A DNA stretch of 64,000 nt, from NCBI GenBank assembly GCA_964016885.1, contig OZ024741.1:94860001-94924000 (forward strand). Reading direction: 5' to 3'. The notes under the pieces were generated by a model. That model was not told the DNA's origin. It made no database searches and was given only the letters and a program-made list of their open reading frames with translations. This document shows positions 1 through 15,165 of this stretch, one piece after another. The translations under genes were made by a program, and so were the position numbers. The stretch's first letter is position 1, and each line of letters begins with the position of its first letter. The stretch is from Eledone cirrhosa. Its lineage: Eukaryota.

Positions 1-189
1 GAACAAGGAGCATTTTTTCGTTTTCCTTCTCTTTTTTCATTTTTTCCTTCTTTTTAAAAAACGTAGATGAATTGTAAATTTCTTATATTTTTGATAAACA
101 GTAGCCGTGCATTCCGTAGACATCTGCAACTAAATTTTGTCTGTTCTGGACATGTCATGTAATAAATTGTTTAATATCTATCTTAGGAG

Positions 190-385
190 CATTAGAGTCG
201 GACACCATGCTTTGCAGCACAGAGTTACGGCCCTTTGCGTTCAAATTCTGCCGAGCTTAGTTTTCTTTGCCTTTCATCCTTACGGGGTCGATAAAATAAA
301 GCACCAGTAATGCACTGGATCGATTTAATCGACTTTCCCCTCCCCTCAAATTGTTGGCTTTGTGCCTAATATAGAAACAATTATC
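190..385 (+). mobile_element. tRNA-derived SINE copy (octopus-type family)
   Basis: GTTCAAATT B-box-like motif plus shared body CTTTCATCCTTACGGGGTCGATAAAATAAAG...GGC(C/T)TTGTGCC found in many copies in this window. Confidence 0.75.
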
Positions 386-997
386 TTTTGTCAGGGGAAG
401 CACAGTGCACTGGCTTGTTTTGGGAGTATTACTAACATGTTTCATGGATTCAGGACCCAGAAACATTAGCCATAAAATTAGATATGCTTTTAATTACATC
501 ATCTATTCTCCTTTGGTCAGTTACCAATTTCATGTTGCTCAACGGTCTGAATACAAGACGTGGTTCAATTAGTCAGACCCGTCAACTCTCCCTTTGGGGT
601 GGGTGAGAAATGTCTTCTTTTGTGAAAATGGGTATAGCTTTCATTATGTAAAATCTCCCCGTTTTGAGGCAATTTTTTTCATGGTACTCTCCGTTTGGGT
701 TTTTAGAGGTTGGCAGGTCTGATAAATAGACAGTTTATTGTGTTCTGCCGTAAACATCTGATAGCCCCCGTGGTTTGGCATGGCTAGACAGACACTTTAC
801 TCCATTTTGAAGTAGGTATAATTTCTTCTACTAAAATGTCGACTCTTTCCTGACTATCAGAACACAGATTAAATTCAGTTTTCATGGCTTCCTCTACTAG
901 CTGTCAAAATGTCTTCTATTGGTTGATTTGTTGATTTCTTCCTAACTGTCGTCTTTTTTAGTTAGGTTTTGTTATAACTATATGATAATGGTTTCTT

Positions 998-1197
998 ACA
1001 TAGGCACAAGGCCAAGGCCAGTAATTTGGGAGGAGGGGAAAGTCGATTAAATCGACTCCAATACGTTTCTGGTGCTTTATTTTATGAAAGGCAAAGTTAA
1101 CCTCGACAGGATTTGAACTCAGATCATAAAGGGCCGTAACTATATGTTGCAAAGCATGGCGTCTGACTCTCTACCGATACTGCCAATCCACCGCCCT
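998..1197 (-). mobile_element. SINE copy
   Basis: Reverse complement matches the 8023-8207 copy (GGCGGTGGATTGGCAGTATCGGTAGAG...GAGTTCAAATCC...GGCCTTGTGCC). Confidence 0.8.
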
Positions 1198-1983
1198 CTT
1201 ATAACTGTATGATAATGACCATTAATATCAACAGACGGTTGTCTCTCACTCTTTCATTCTTCTACGTTCTCTATCTTCGTGTTTTCTACGTATATGGCCC
1301 ATTCTTTCTGTTTCTTATCTCTGGTACTGTCACATATATACATCTAGTGAATTGCAAGTATTTACTTAATTTACATATACACAAAACTGCTAATAGTCTC
1401 ATGCAAAATGTGAAATGTAGGCTTCATTTCAACTGAGGATATATACAGATATAGCTTTATCATATACTTCGGTTACTTAATGCTTTTGCGGTCTTGTCCG
1501 CGAGGTGCAGTCCCATTACCGTTGCACCCTAGGCCCAGAACCAAATCACCTCCCTTGCTCCATTCTTCTGTGACCCTAGAGCCCTTGCCTTTCCCTTCTT
1601 TTTACGATAAGTGATAGGGTATATAAACACCCTATATATATGATATTTCATTGTGATTGTTTAGACGATATACATATCATACATCTGATGAGGACCCAAT
1701 TAGGTCCGAAAATCGAATAAAACTATTATTTTTACGGGGCAATATACTAAAAAACGTGTAAATTTATATACACATTTACATAGATTTGGTTACTTCTGTT
1801 CTGCATATAACTTTATCATATACTTCGGTTGTATTGCGCACAACCTATATATATTCCGAAGAAGACGGTATCATCGAACCTATATATTATGCCTGATAGT
1901 ATACAGTTCTCTAAGTGCTATAGATCAGTCAATATATCAATATGATTAATCCTCCGAAACGATCGTAAAACAATGAAATGAAT

Positions 1984-2170
1984 CGGTGGATTGGCAGTAT
2001 CGGTAGAGAGTCAGACGCCATGCTTTCCAGCATAGTTACTTCCCTTTACGGTCTGAGTTCAAATCCCATCGAGGTTCACTTTGCCTTTCATCCTTACGGG
2101 GTCGATAAAATAGAGTACCAGTAATGTACTGAGTAATTGCTGGCCTTGTGCCGAAAGTAGAAACAGTTAT
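1984..2170 (+). mobile_element. SINE copy
   Basis: Near-complete match to 8023-8207. Confidence 0.85.
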
Positions 2171-2193
2171 TATTATCATTCTTAAACTAATAT

Positions 2194-2586
<393 letters not shown>

Positions 2587-3100
2587 TTTACATTTGGCAC
2601 TTTATTTCTATTTATTTATTTTTCATTCTTCTTTCTCTATAAAACACGATCTAGTCATTATAGTAAGATTGTTCGACACATCTTAAAAACAAGCTAATTC
2701 TCCTGCTTAAAGTGTATCTGTAATTTTAAGGCTTAAATATATAACAAGGTAATTTACAAATTCATTAAAATGTATTTATTTAAAGACTATAAAACACCTA
2801 TTAAAATTCACATTAGTTTTATTTTTCAGCATTTTCATTCAAGTTAGTTGGCCACCTTGCATTTCACATATTTGACAATTGTTTACAGTTAATTAATTTA
2901 TTTGAAAACTTAAGTTCTGTTAATTCGGTAAACGTATTCCTGAAGTATTTATTGTTGCCGTGTGTGTGTGTTGTACAGCTAAAAAATAGTGGTGCTTTTA
3001 TTATTGCTAACAGCATGAATATTTGGTATTGGTATGAGTTAATCTGTTTTATCGATCGTTAGAGACATGTGTTTAAACTTGTGGAATATATACACACATG

Positions 3101-3142
<42 letters not shown>

Positions 3143-3637
3143 GAGTTCTTAACACGTGGAATTTATATTAGTTTTGAAATAACTAATTAACCCACGTATA
3201 TTTAATATTTTACTCTTAATTCGGCCGGAGATTTACATTCCCGATTGCCCTTTAAAGCGTAACTTTCCGTATTTACTACGGTTATGAAATGCGGTTTGTT
3301 ATTCGGGTACGACTTCTGTTTTTAGCCTAAGAAAATATCTATATGCGTGTGTAATTAATACACGCATGCATTTATTTTTTTTAATTTCAATTGAGTTCTT
3401 AACACGTTGGATTGATAATGTTTTTTGAAAAAACTAATTAACCCGCGTGAATATTATTTTTTCTATTCTCGTGTATTGGTTGTCTCCCCTTCCCGCTTCG
3501 TGACGCTATAATACTTCCTCAGTCAAAAACTGCTGGAATTTCAAATTTGGCGGTCATTCGATGCGTGAGGGAGCAGCTGAGCAGACACGATTTTTAACTG
3601 CGGTAAGAATTTTTTCTTATATCAAAGTTTAATGGGC

Positions 3638-3760
3638 TTCCACTGATGATTTAAGCGCCCACCTAAATATATTCTTACATGAATATATGTTAGGCTTCTA
3701 CATAAACTGGAAACATTCTCCTAATTTGTAGAAAACTTATAATGAAACAATTGTTTGGAA
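3638..3760 (+). ncRNA. Type I hammerhead ribozyme motif with ~95-nt stem II insert
   Basis: TTCCA-CTGATGA-[long stem II]-GAAA-CAATTG-TT-TGGAA: stem I TTCCA/TGGAA, palindromic stem III, GUU site. Confidence 0.7.
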
Positions 3761-4568
3761 AGAGAGATATATTTTAACTTTAATTATATCTCATAAAATA
3801 ATACAACTGGCTTTCCACATAATACATATAGTTAGCACCCCAAACACTTAAATTAGGTTTATACTAACATATAACCTAATGTTTGTTGAGTGAGATGGTT
3901 ACCAGTCAGAGTTTAGCTTTAAGCTATCTCTGTTATTGTATTAAATATATATATATATATATTCCTCTACCTTTTCTACGGAAATACTTAATACACACAC
4001 ATATATATATATGTGTGTGTGTGTGTGCTGTTTACAACGATGTCTGCAATGAAGAGGTCGAAAGACAGCTAAGTTGTTTAAATGTCGATTTAGGACGGCG
4101 TGTTTGTATGTAAAGTTTGGTCTGCTGCAGTAATTTCCTAATAAATTTAGCAAAGAGTTTTGCCTGTTACAAGACTTTGTGATCGAAACTGACATTGCAG
4201 GCGGTTCACCTTACTGAGGTGCCAGGTGATGTCCGTTTGGGTGACTAGTTGTTTCAGCGTCTTAGCTTCGCCATCACCCGTGGTAATGTGAGCGCATTGG
4301 CTTGCCTCAAAATATTCCGTTGACCCTTGTGATGTGCGGCCGATTGTCGCACTTGGTGGTGAATTGATGGTCGTTTTCGTTTCCCCTTTTTTTTTCCTTT
4401 TTCTCTCGCTCTGGTATATATTTTGGTGTGTTGTTTCTGTGAGGTTTCTAGCAATGGTTAATTGTATTTGTTATAATATGCGTTTATATTTCTCTTTATC
4501 AACGACATTATATTTGTAATGTTATTCTGAATGAATTGTGAGCAATTTGTAATGTTATATATATATAT

Positions 4569-4993
<425 letters not shown>

Positions 4994-5614
4994 TAATAAA
5001 AACTTAATATTCAACGCATTAAAAGAAAATGGTGAGATCGAGTTTACCGAAATGTTCTTTGTGGAAATAGCATTGTGCACTGCACAGTAATAAGAAGGCT
5101 GGATTGGAATCAGTCGGGTGCAATCTGTTAGCTATTCTTGCTAGGCTCTTCATTTGACTTCCAGGCAATCTTTGATGACTTTCAAGAGAATTAGTAAGCA
5201 AAGAATAACATACCTGACAACTCTCCCCGACGGGGAGATCTCCCACCCACTTTGGGGTGGGTGATAGATGTCTTCTCTTGTGAAAATGGGTATAGCCCCA
5301 TTTTACCACTTTTTTTCATGGTACTTCCCGTTTGAGATTTTAGAGGTTGGCAGGTCTGGAATAATAAGTATTATCCGGCGGGTTTAGTCTCACTTTAGTC
5401 AGGACAGATTCAGTGCTGCACACGGTGTCGTGAAAATATTTATGTTTATTTTCAGTCGGAATCTGTATGTATATTTTGTCTTATGCGTGATTAAACCTAA
5501 AATGTGTTGGTCTGATTATACCTAAAATATCTGGATACATAAGTTATGTTAATTCAAGTGAATATCAGCATGGTTGAGGAGAGGTAATCATATACCAACC
5601 TGTGTATAATGGTT

Positions 5615-6355
5615 TCTAGGTACTGGTGCTCTATTTATCGACCCCGTAAGGATAACCTCGGTGGGATTTGAACTCAGAACGTAAAGGCCCGTAACTCTAT
5701 GCCGCAAAGTATGCGCACTTACACTCACACACTTAAAATGTATATAGATATCTAACATCTCCAAAACCTAGTTGACATTGGTATTTTTAATAAATAATAT
5801 GGTCGGAGATTTCAATAGCTATATTGGTAAACCTGCTAATAATTATTTTTTCTATTGCTTAGTAGTTATGAAATATAATAAGAATAGTTTGAACTTTGAA
5901 AGAATTCTTAGTTGTGTTGCATTTTATTTTCCAGAAAGGGCAGTGAGAGGTAAATAATTGTTTCTACTTTTGGCACAAGGCCAGCAATTACCCAGTGCAT
6001 TACTGGTACTTTATTTTATCGACCCCGTAAGGATGAGAAGCAAAGTTAACCTCGGCGGGATTTGAACTCAGAATGACAAGGGCCGTAACTCTATGCGTCA
6101 AAGCATGGCGTCCGACCATCTAGTAAAATACGAAGCTAATCCTAGAGCCAATAGAAAACGCAAGGCGCTACTCTATCTGTTCTCAAAGTCGATTATATCG
6201 ACTCCAGTTCTTGACTGGTACTTTATTTTATAGACCCCCGTAAGGATGAAAAGCAAAGTTGACCTCAGTGGGATTCGAACTCAGAACGTAAAGAGCCGTA
6301 ACTATATGCCGCAAAGCATGTTGTCCGACGCTCTACCGATGCTGTTAATCCACCA
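5615..6355 (-). mobile_element. Three SINE copies/fragments (~5615-5712, 5955-6120, 6185-6355)
   Basis: Each has TTTAT(C/A)GACCCC...GGGATT(T/C)GAACTCAGAA, the reverse complement of the SINE body. Confidence 0.8.
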
Positions 6356-6659
6356 ACATTATATGAGATCAAAGTCATGCACATTCAAAGGACTTAATTA
6401 AAGCTTTCGAGTGGATTTAGACGAAAATTGTGTATTTAGTCAATTTGCAAATTTGTTTTATTCATGATTCTGGCTTATTTTGTATGATTATTTGGATGAT
6501 GTATGATTAAGCTTAATGATACCGAACAAGTAAGAACCAAAGAACAAGGGACGTATGCAGGATAATATCAGCGGAAACGATGTTATGCACTGTGCAAAAC
6601 ATAAAAAAAAACTATCTGGTCGACACAGATGCGTCCTTAAAAAGTTGTAGAAGGAAGGC

Positions 6660-9523
6660 TGTAGTGACCTACATTCCGCGGCCTCACATACATTCTCTGT
6701 GCGTGATTTGGCTCAGCTCAGCCAATCAGCGCCAGTAGAAGAGGATGTATCCCTACGCGTCCTGAGGGAGAAATTACCCGCGAAGATTTGAAGAATCGCT
6801 CTCTCGCACCAGGAACTTCGAACCAGCAACACGTATAACATGTGACGGTGAGATATTGCACCTTAGCCTGCCGACTTTCCGGTGCAATGGCACATTCCCT
6901 TTTGTAACCTTATTTTATGTGTAACTTCAACCATACAAGTTAACCAACATTGTTTGTGCTATAACAAAAATAAACATACATTTCATCTCTAATTCCTGCT
7001 GTTGACATCATTATTATGTTACTCGTGTCTCAATAACATTATTATACCATGCTGCTAAATTGGTGACCGACGTAAGAATTTTACGCACCCTTTTTATTCA
7101 GTTGAACATCACTGTTATTACCACGTTGCCAACCTTTTCGCAACTTACGAAAATACAAAATATTCCTTTTAAAATTTAAAAAAAATTAGCAGTATTTCAA
7201 AAACTTTTCGCCACGAGGAAAATGGCTACCGACAAGTCCTGTCTACAATCAACAACAGCAGCAACAGCAGCAGCAGCAGCGACAACACATGGCTAACTAT
7301 TAACCAACACCAGGGAATGGCTTATAACTTTACCGACGCAACCACCATACCTTCTGTCTCGTTACCACAAGGACTCGAGAAATTAAGACATTAGTCTTCT
7401 CACCATTGTGGCGTCAGACGTGGCTGCCATATTGGTGACTCTAGGTTCTTCAACGCTAGACTTCGACTCTACAGAAGATTCATTGTGACTTTGCTTTAAC
7501 AGCAACAACTCTACTAGCTCCCTAGTAAGAGCGATCCCAAAGAAAAGAAAAGAAACAATTCTTTCTTTCTTCCTTTATTTTTCAGACATTTATTTTGGAC
7601 ATTTATTATTTTTAAACTGTATTATATGGAAATTCATTTTTTTTCTGTCATTGTATACATGACTGCATCATTTTATTTATCATTGTATATATGACTGCAC
7701 CACACATCATATTGTTTACTTCTATGCTTTCACATGTATTTTCAAAATTATAGCCCGGAGACATTTTTTTTTCTTTCGATACGGCTTCCTGCAATACAAA
7801 CAAGCAACACAACCTTATGTCACACAAGGTGGCAGGACGGTAAAATGGCCACGAAAACTCTCAAAAACAATATACATCTAACCCCTAGTGGCATTAACAA
7901 ACTTCTTTTTCAGTTTTCAGATAGAACTAGTGTCAGAAAGTCTGTACACTGGTGATGTGTGAACTATTTGACTTTGAAAAACTTTGAACTTATCATTGAG
8001 CATTAATTTCTCTGCTCCCTTAGGGCGGTGGATTGGCAGTATCGGTAGAGGGTCGGACGCCATGCTTTCCAGCATAGTTACGTCCCTTTACGATCTGAGT
8101 TCAAATCCCGCCGAGGTTGACCTTGCCTTTCATCCTTACGGGGTCGATAAAATAAAGTACCAGTAATGCACTGGGTAATTGCTGGCCTTGTGCCAAAAGT
8201 AGAAACAATTAATTTCTCTGCTCCCTTATATTGACTTTGAATTATCAGTTTGTTACATTCACATATTTCTTTGTAAAATGCACTTACTTGTTTTGTGCTC
8301 TTTTGCTATTTGCTTGCTCGTGGTTTTTGTTCATTCACATTCTTTGCTGTTTTACATGCCTGCATATGCACACATTTCTTTGTCACACACCAACATGTTG
8401 TTCTTAGTATATGTTCTTCAAACGTAATATTCTGCGAGATCCCTTTTCACCTGGTTGAGGTGCTGTCACATGCTAGCGACTCATAGAGCTTAATTCACCT
8501 GGATTCAAACAGGCACCGCAACACGAGAATGCTAATTGCAGCTGAACTCAAACAGTTTCGCATCTCGTTGCACACTCATCGTCCATAACAACCTATATCG
8601 TGTTATCTTACCCGACTCGCTGGGAGGGAAACAGATGGAACTGGACTTGTCAGCATTTCCACCACTTCTGTGGATTCGCCCGAATTATGGAATTTACACT
8701 GCAACCCACCTACAGATTCAGCTTGCTTTTTTTCTTTTCAAAGCAACGAGCCATTTTTTCCCTGGCTCCCTAGCACATTCGGCAATACATTTCGGAGGCC
8801 AACATCTTCTTGCCAGCACTGGTAAACTACCATAATAGCTTCATCCACAGCTACTGGTACAACACTTACCATTAACATTTAATGCAAGAACGGCAACTTC
8901 GCCCATGTCAGACTTTATCCGTTTTCTGTTAGACCTTTGGTGGTCACGTATAAACTACAAAACAGCTAGTCATTTGACACAGCGGCTCAACACGGCCCTT
9001 CGCGCCTCATTTTTTTTCTTGTATGCATCCTTCTGCTCAATTATTTTTTCACTGATGTGCTCTTTCAGCATTTGTTCTTGCTGATTCAATAATCTGTATC
9101 GACTTCCGTCTAGGAGGGAGTATTGTAGTGACCTACATTCCGCGGGCTCACATACATTCTCTGTGCGTGATTTGGCTCAGCTCAGCCAATCAGCGCCAGT
9201 AGAAGAGGATGTATCCCTACGCGTCCTGAGGGAGAAATTACCCGCGAAGATTTGAAAAATCGCTCTCTCGCACCTGGGACTTCGAACCAGCAACACGTAT
9301 AACATGTGACGGTGAGATATTGCACCTTAGCCTGCCGGCTTTCCGGCGCAATGGCACACTCCCTTTTGTAACCTTATTTTATGTGTAACTTCAACCATAC
9401 AAGTTAACCAGCATTGTTTGTGCTACAACAAAAATAAACATACATTTCATCTCTAATTCCTGCTGTTGACATCATTATTATGTTACTCGTGTCTCAATAA
9501 CATTATTATACCATGCTGCTAAA
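6660..9523 (+). mobile_element. Non-autonomous Gypsy-type LTR retrotransposon with two 400-bp LTRs
   Basis: LTRs 6660-7059 and 9124-9523 nearly identical; 4-bp TSD AGGC; PBS TGGTGACCGACGT at 7061 (tRNA-Trp-like); PPT AGGAGGGAG 9112-9120; no gag/pol ORF recognised inside. Confidence 0.92.
8023..8207 (+). mobile_element. SINE nested in the LTR element
   Basis: 21-bp TSD ATTAATTTCTCTGCTCCCTTA at 8002-8022 and 8208-8228. Confidence 0.92.
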
Positions 9524-10961
9524 AGGCCATCAATACCATCACCAGGTATCAAAGAAAAGAATGTGATCGCTTTTCTGACATTATTTGGCTTCCCACATCC
9601 TCAAATTCTTCTTCTTCGCCCACTTAGTCCCTGAAGGGTCGTGGGGTAGAGTCCTCAGACACGTTTTCCAAAGGAACTTATCAAAAACAAACCTCCAATT
9701 GATCCGGCTGAATCCTCAAACGGGACCAACTGAGCTAATAGATGTTATCCAACCATCTTGTTCGTGGTCTACATCTGGGTCTCCTGCTGGTTTTACTGAC
9801 CCAAAAGTGTCTCACCCATAAAAATATCGCTCGGGGCCGACCACCCTCTCTTCTAAACACAGACACGGGGGTCAGGTTAACACATACATATCGAAATATA
9901 TGTTGATATGTATGTGTATATCATATCTTTCGTCTATATATATCGGCGATCAATGTAAACATGGGTGAGAATATAAAAAAAAAACGGCGTTTTACGAAGT
10001 AAGATCCTGAGGAATCTGTTTTACGCTGAGCTACAAACACTCCTTTGACATTCTCCCCCAAGAATGCACTTAACCAGCGAAGCTATTATTCACCAATTGC
10101 CATAAAAGCATTCTGTTGTAGTTATATTACGTATTGTCTACGAGTTCGTTGTTGTTTAACTTTAAGTCGAAAGACTTTCCAGCTATCACTAAACCGTTCT
10201 TTCTTTCTTTTTCTCTCAAAGATATTTTATCTGGAACTACGTAATGCTATGTATCAATCCTTTATTTAAAGACTCTAGCATATGATTTGTATGGGAGGTT
10301 CACTTCTTGTTTTATGAGTTCGTTTGTCGGAAAGAGAATCAGTATCGTTCATTAGTGTATCTCAAACTAACGAAAGTGTCAGGAATGAGTGAAGTGATAT
10401 TATATCATTATAACGGCATAAAGTTTTAGGACAATATATTCACTGAACATGTTTTATTTGCTAAAATGAAAAACATTTTTTTTTTTTCAAATATATCTAA
10501 ATTGACTCTATATGAAAAAAATAGTAATGGAGCTCCAGCGTAGCTTAGGCCGTTCATGCAATAAAGCTAGGGGAAATTTAAACATGATAATTCTGAAAAT
10601 ATTATAGATACATATATCTTAAAACTGACTGTCCTTATCGTTTAAACTTGTTCATTAATCTCTAAAAAAATAAAAAAAATTTAAAATCATTTCTTTGTTT
10701 ACAAATTTCGTGTTTGGATTATTCGGTAATCAGCAACATGGCACGAGGAACTGATACAGCAATTGACTAATTGCTATTGCCATATTATGTGTTGTCATCT
10801 GTAAATAACATCATATTACCTGCATTTTTAGAATATTCATTGATTTCCGTGGAATGGATGTTGCACTATTAGTAAAAATCTTTTAATATATTTCATAATG
10901 ACGGCTATAAACGATTTAAATGTTCACAAATTCTAAAATTTGGAGTAAATGGAGATACATA

Positions 10962-11500
10962 TGTAGTGACCTACATTCCGAGGGCTCATGGATACATTCT
11001 CCGTATGTTGTTTGGCTCAGTTCAGCCAATCGCTATCGGCGTAGGAGAACGTATCTCGACTTCCACCCAGAGGGAAAAATTCCCGCGGCGATTCAACAAT
11101 CTCTCTCTTGTCGCTTTGGACTCTGAAAGGTCAACACGCAATCATGTAACGGTGAGATTTTCAGTTTAGCCTGTCGGCTTCCTTTGGCCAACACAGCGCT
11201 TTTTCTTTACTCCTTAAAACTCTTAATTTTGTTTGTTCCTTTCTTTGACTTGTCAACCCAACTTAACATTTGTGGTCGGTTGTAAATAAAGCTTGTAAAA
11301 TATTATAAAGTCTCATATTATTTTCTACAAAGCCTACAATGAACTACAACTACTTCAACAAACATTCACTTTATGGCTAACTTTGCCTCTCTCTCACTTA
11401 ACAAACCTTACATTTCTCACTATAACAAACAACAACAATAACATATATTCTTTCTTATTAATATTATGCCATGTAGGCATAATATTATTTTTGTGCTAAA
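10962..11500 (+). mobile_element. Solo LTR related to the 6660 LTR family
   Basis: Starts TGTAGTGACCTACATTCCG as in 6660, ends GCTAAA; TSD CATA at 10958-10961 and 11501-11504. Confidence 0.88.
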
Positions 11501-12054
11501 CATATTAACTGAAAAAAATGAGTTACGACGTTTTTGGTGCCAAGCTGTATAGGTCTTGGCTTTTCTCTTGGACAACATTGGTGGCCAAAAGAGGGAAGAC
11601 TAGTATGCATGGGCGACTGCTGGCCTTCCACAAAAGCATCTTTGTACTTCGCGGTGGGGGGTTGTGGGGGTATTTCTAGGTATAAACCCAGGGTCGTCCA
11701 TGACCGAAGGAGACATACAAAACACATGAACTGAAAAATAGATCCAGACAGTTTAATTGTATTGCTATGACCGTTGGTTATTAAAATAAATTGGTGGGTT
11801 AGTAGCGGTGGTGGCGCTAGTCAAATTGTTTTTGTTGATTGTACTATTTAGTCTCAGGTCAATCTTCATTCAGCAGAAAGAATGTGTGGACTCGTAACTC
11901 CTGGTGGATTTATAGGGGTACTGTAGTAACATACGGCGTTTCTTAGATATTTAAAATTGGTGGAACTATCCCTCACTAGGTCTTATCACAACCAATTTCT
12001 TCCAGAGAAGGAGAAAGGGGGATAGTGAGGACGTGAGAAACAAATATAGAAAAA

Positions 12055-12725
12055 GAACTTGATTGGTATATCTTTTTATCGACATTGAAAGGATGAAAGG
12101 CAAAGTTGATCTTGGTAGGATTCGAACTCAGAGAGTGCAAAGAGCTAGAACAAATAGTACAAAGCATTCCATCCAACGTTCTAACGACTGTCTATTCGCT
12201 GCCGTCTTGTTTCTCATAGTAACCAGATACGCTAAACATCATACCAAATCACTGGAATCTTGTTCTCTCTCTTTCTCTCTGTCACATCAATGTTCCCTCC
12301 TTAACTCTTCCTCATAGCATTATTATTGGCAGTATCGGTGGAGGGTCAGACACCATGCTTTCCAGCATAGTTACGTCCCTTTACGATCTGAGTTCAAATC
12401 CCGCCGAGGTTAACTTTGCCTTTCATCCTTACGGGGTCGATAAAATAAAGTACCAGTAATGCACTGGGTAATTGATGGCCTTGTGCCTAAAGTAGAAACA
12501 ATTATTTATTATGGCATATTTTAGCAATTCCGATAGAGAGGAATTGAGAAAGAGATATGGAGGAAGAATCAACCCCAGTACTGGATTGGTTTTTTTTATC
12601 GACTTTGAAAGGATGAAAGGCAAAGCTGACCTCGGCAGAGTTTGAGCTCAGAGCCGCAGAGAGCTAGGATGAATACCACAAAACATTCTCTCTGACGTTC
12701 TAACGACTCTGCTTATTCGCCGCCA
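12055..12725. mobile_element. SINE cluster (12055-12200 -, 12326-12502 +, 12570-12725 -)
   Basis: SINE body motifs on both strands. Confidence 0.75.
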
Positions 12726-13029
12726 ATTTGCAGACTTGAGATCAAAGACGTTTCATTCCACTATTAAAATACACTAGGGTACCACATTATCTCATGTCGT
12801 TGTCTATTATCTGACGATAGAGTAGCTTTTCTTGTTCATAGCATTGTTACTGTTGTCGTTGGTCATTAAATAGTTGGGTTGGTAATGGCGATGGTTGTAT
12901 TGGTTTTGGCTTTGATAGTGGTTGTATTGTACTGGTGGTGGAAGATGATTTATACACAGATATGTATATATATATATATATAACCTTCACCACTATCTAT
13001 CATCAGTACCAACACAACCGCCATCAAAA

Positions 13030-13149
<120 letters not shown>

Positions 13150-13304
13150 ATGGACCCGTAACTTCTGGTGGGGACGGCATGTCTGGGCATTTTATATCTG
13201 ACCGAGGCCATTTCATCTCCATGTTTGAACACAACCGATTTCTTTTAGAGAAGGCGAGACAGTCATAGAAAGGAAATGAAAAAGATATATATAGAGGAAG
13301 AGTT

Positions 13305-13420
13305 GGCCCCAGCACTGAATTACCTTTTTTTTTATCGACCTTGAAAGAATGAAATGCAAAGTTAACCTCTGCAGGTTTAGAACTCAGAGCGCGGAGAGCC
13401 GGGACGAATACTGCAAAGCA
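13305..13420 (-). mobile_element. Diverged SINE copy
   Basis: TTTATCGACC...GCAAAGTTAACCTC...GAACTCAGAG. Confidence 0.65.
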
Positions 13421-13515
13421 CAACAAAAGATAAAACAGAAAGAAGTTGGGAAGTTATTTACACTTTTGCAGAGTGACAAATAAAAAAAAAAAGAAGAAAG
13501 ACTGAAAAATTATGT

Positions 13516-14334
13516 GCTGTCAGTATCGATTTGGAAAAACCTATTCTTGTGTAGATGGTGTTTCAACAAGGCAAAGTAGAAATCATTGCCGACGACCAGA
13601 GAAACAGGATAATTCCAAGTTGTGTGGCTTTCACAGATACTGAATGGTAAGTGGGTGATACTGTGAAAAACAAAGCTGCCTTCATCCCGGAGAACAGTAT
13701 TTGATGCTAAACGTTTAATTAGACGTTATTTCGACTAGCTGGTACAAAAAGACCTCGAACATTAGCCATTTAGAGTGGTGAAGAGAACTAATAAACCACA
13801 TGTGCAAGTGGAATACAAGCGAAAGCAAAAGAAGTTTTCGCCCGAAGAGATTAACTCGATTGTATAATGAAAAAAGAGGTGGCAATTTGGCAGTCGTTAG
13901 AACCCGATAGAAGGCTTTGCGCTATTCGTTTCGATTTTCTGAGCTCAAATCCTGCAGAGGTCAACTTTACCTTTCATTCTTGTGAGGTCGATAAAAAAGT
14001 ACCAATCTAGTACTGGTATCTATTCATTCTCTATAGTTCTTTCTCACGCATGTTAGTTACCATGGAGTCACTCCATCAGGATTTACGACTCTATATTGAG
14101 TAAAGAGAAAGAGACAAGCTTTCATATCTAGGCTAGGCTGTAAAGTTCATGCCGCAGTAATAACAGAGCTATCTCACTTTAACGACTCCCATAGATATAC
14201 AACGGTCTCAATCTGCTTATAATGTTTAATGAACCAACGGTCCCTACACTCACCTACAATCTCAAGAAAAACTCATATGTGGATAAGAACGTTCTGATCA
14301 TTGACTTGGGTAGTAGTACCTTCGACGTGTCCAT
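13516..14334 (+). pseudogene. HSP70: HSP70-family pseudogene (N-terminal ATPase domain fragment)
   Basis: Translates across frameshifts/stops to [77 protein letters not shown]; no intron evident; interrupted by a SINE at ~13877-14020. Confidence 0.9.
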
Positions 14335-14411
14335 GGCGTTAATTGCCCTGTAGTGGTTAACATATTTGCACGGCATCCAAGAGATACGGGGTTCGATTCC
14401 TCGCAGGCGCC
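14335..14411 (+). other. tRNA-like Pol III element (SINE head or tRNA pseudogene)
   Basis: A-box-like TAGTGGTTA, B-box GGTTCGATTCC with T-arm, GGCGTT...GGCGCC termini; anticodon arm irregular. Confidence 0.5.
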
Positions 14412-14889
14412 TATATTCACTTTTTTCCGTATCGAGGAGTATTTTACTCGATTTTCTCAACTATAATTATAGTAATCGACTATTATTATGGTCATTTCTG
14501 TGTTGAGCCGACATTTCAAATTTTAAAATGTCCCCATGCTTCTTAAGTCAGCGGTTATATCTGTGTACTTTCCTTCTCTCATTGAGTGTCATCAGCATTC
14601 TTATTAGCCTTCTTTATCTCCTCCACTGCCCCTCTCTCCATATATCTTCGTCTTTAATTTACCATTCCTTTGTGGCAATGGTCTTCTTAATTTGTTTTTT
14701 CGTTTGTATCATTTTTTTTTTAGATATCGCCTTGTTAACATTAAGATAGCGTGGTAAGAAACTCACAGGAGAGCTGGACAGCAGAAAATCTTCAGAGAAA
14801 AAAACTCTCCCCCAGCAAGTGTTTCGGTTCTTAAACTTTAAGGGCCAAAACACTTATGTAACAGCCAGAGATTGAATAGTGTGTGTTAC

Positions 14890-15165
14890 GTATGACGGTT
14901 TAGTGTTTTGGTCATTCGGCTCACGTGAGATCGATTCCCGGCGAACTTTATTTCACTTTGCACCGATCGACTCAGCTGACAAAAAATGAGTTGTACGAGT
15001 AATTAAAAAAGGCCAGCTTCGTAATAGATTGTGCCTCCTTGAATCTTCGCCGCGAGATCTACGTTAAAAGTGCACGTATCTGTGGAATGTTCAGCCACTT
15101 ACGTATTAATTTCACGAACTTGTTCTGTAGTTCATCGTTGGAACCAACAGAGATCCAACTTTAAC
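14890..15165 (+). mobile_element. Probable diverged second SINE family
   Basis: Degenerate B-box (GATCGATTCCC) followed by a central-domain-like ACTTTATTTCACTTTGC...GACTCAGCTG...AAATGAG; single copy here. Confidence 0.35.

Noticed and set aside
1680-1975. HHR-like cores CTGATGA-GGACC..GGTCC-GAAA (1684) and CCGAAGA..GAAACGATCGTA (1857-1967)
   Set aside because: Stem I does not close; probably decayed motifs, not counted
14335-14411. Functional tRNA gene
   Set aside because: D and anticodon arms do not form a clean cloverleaf
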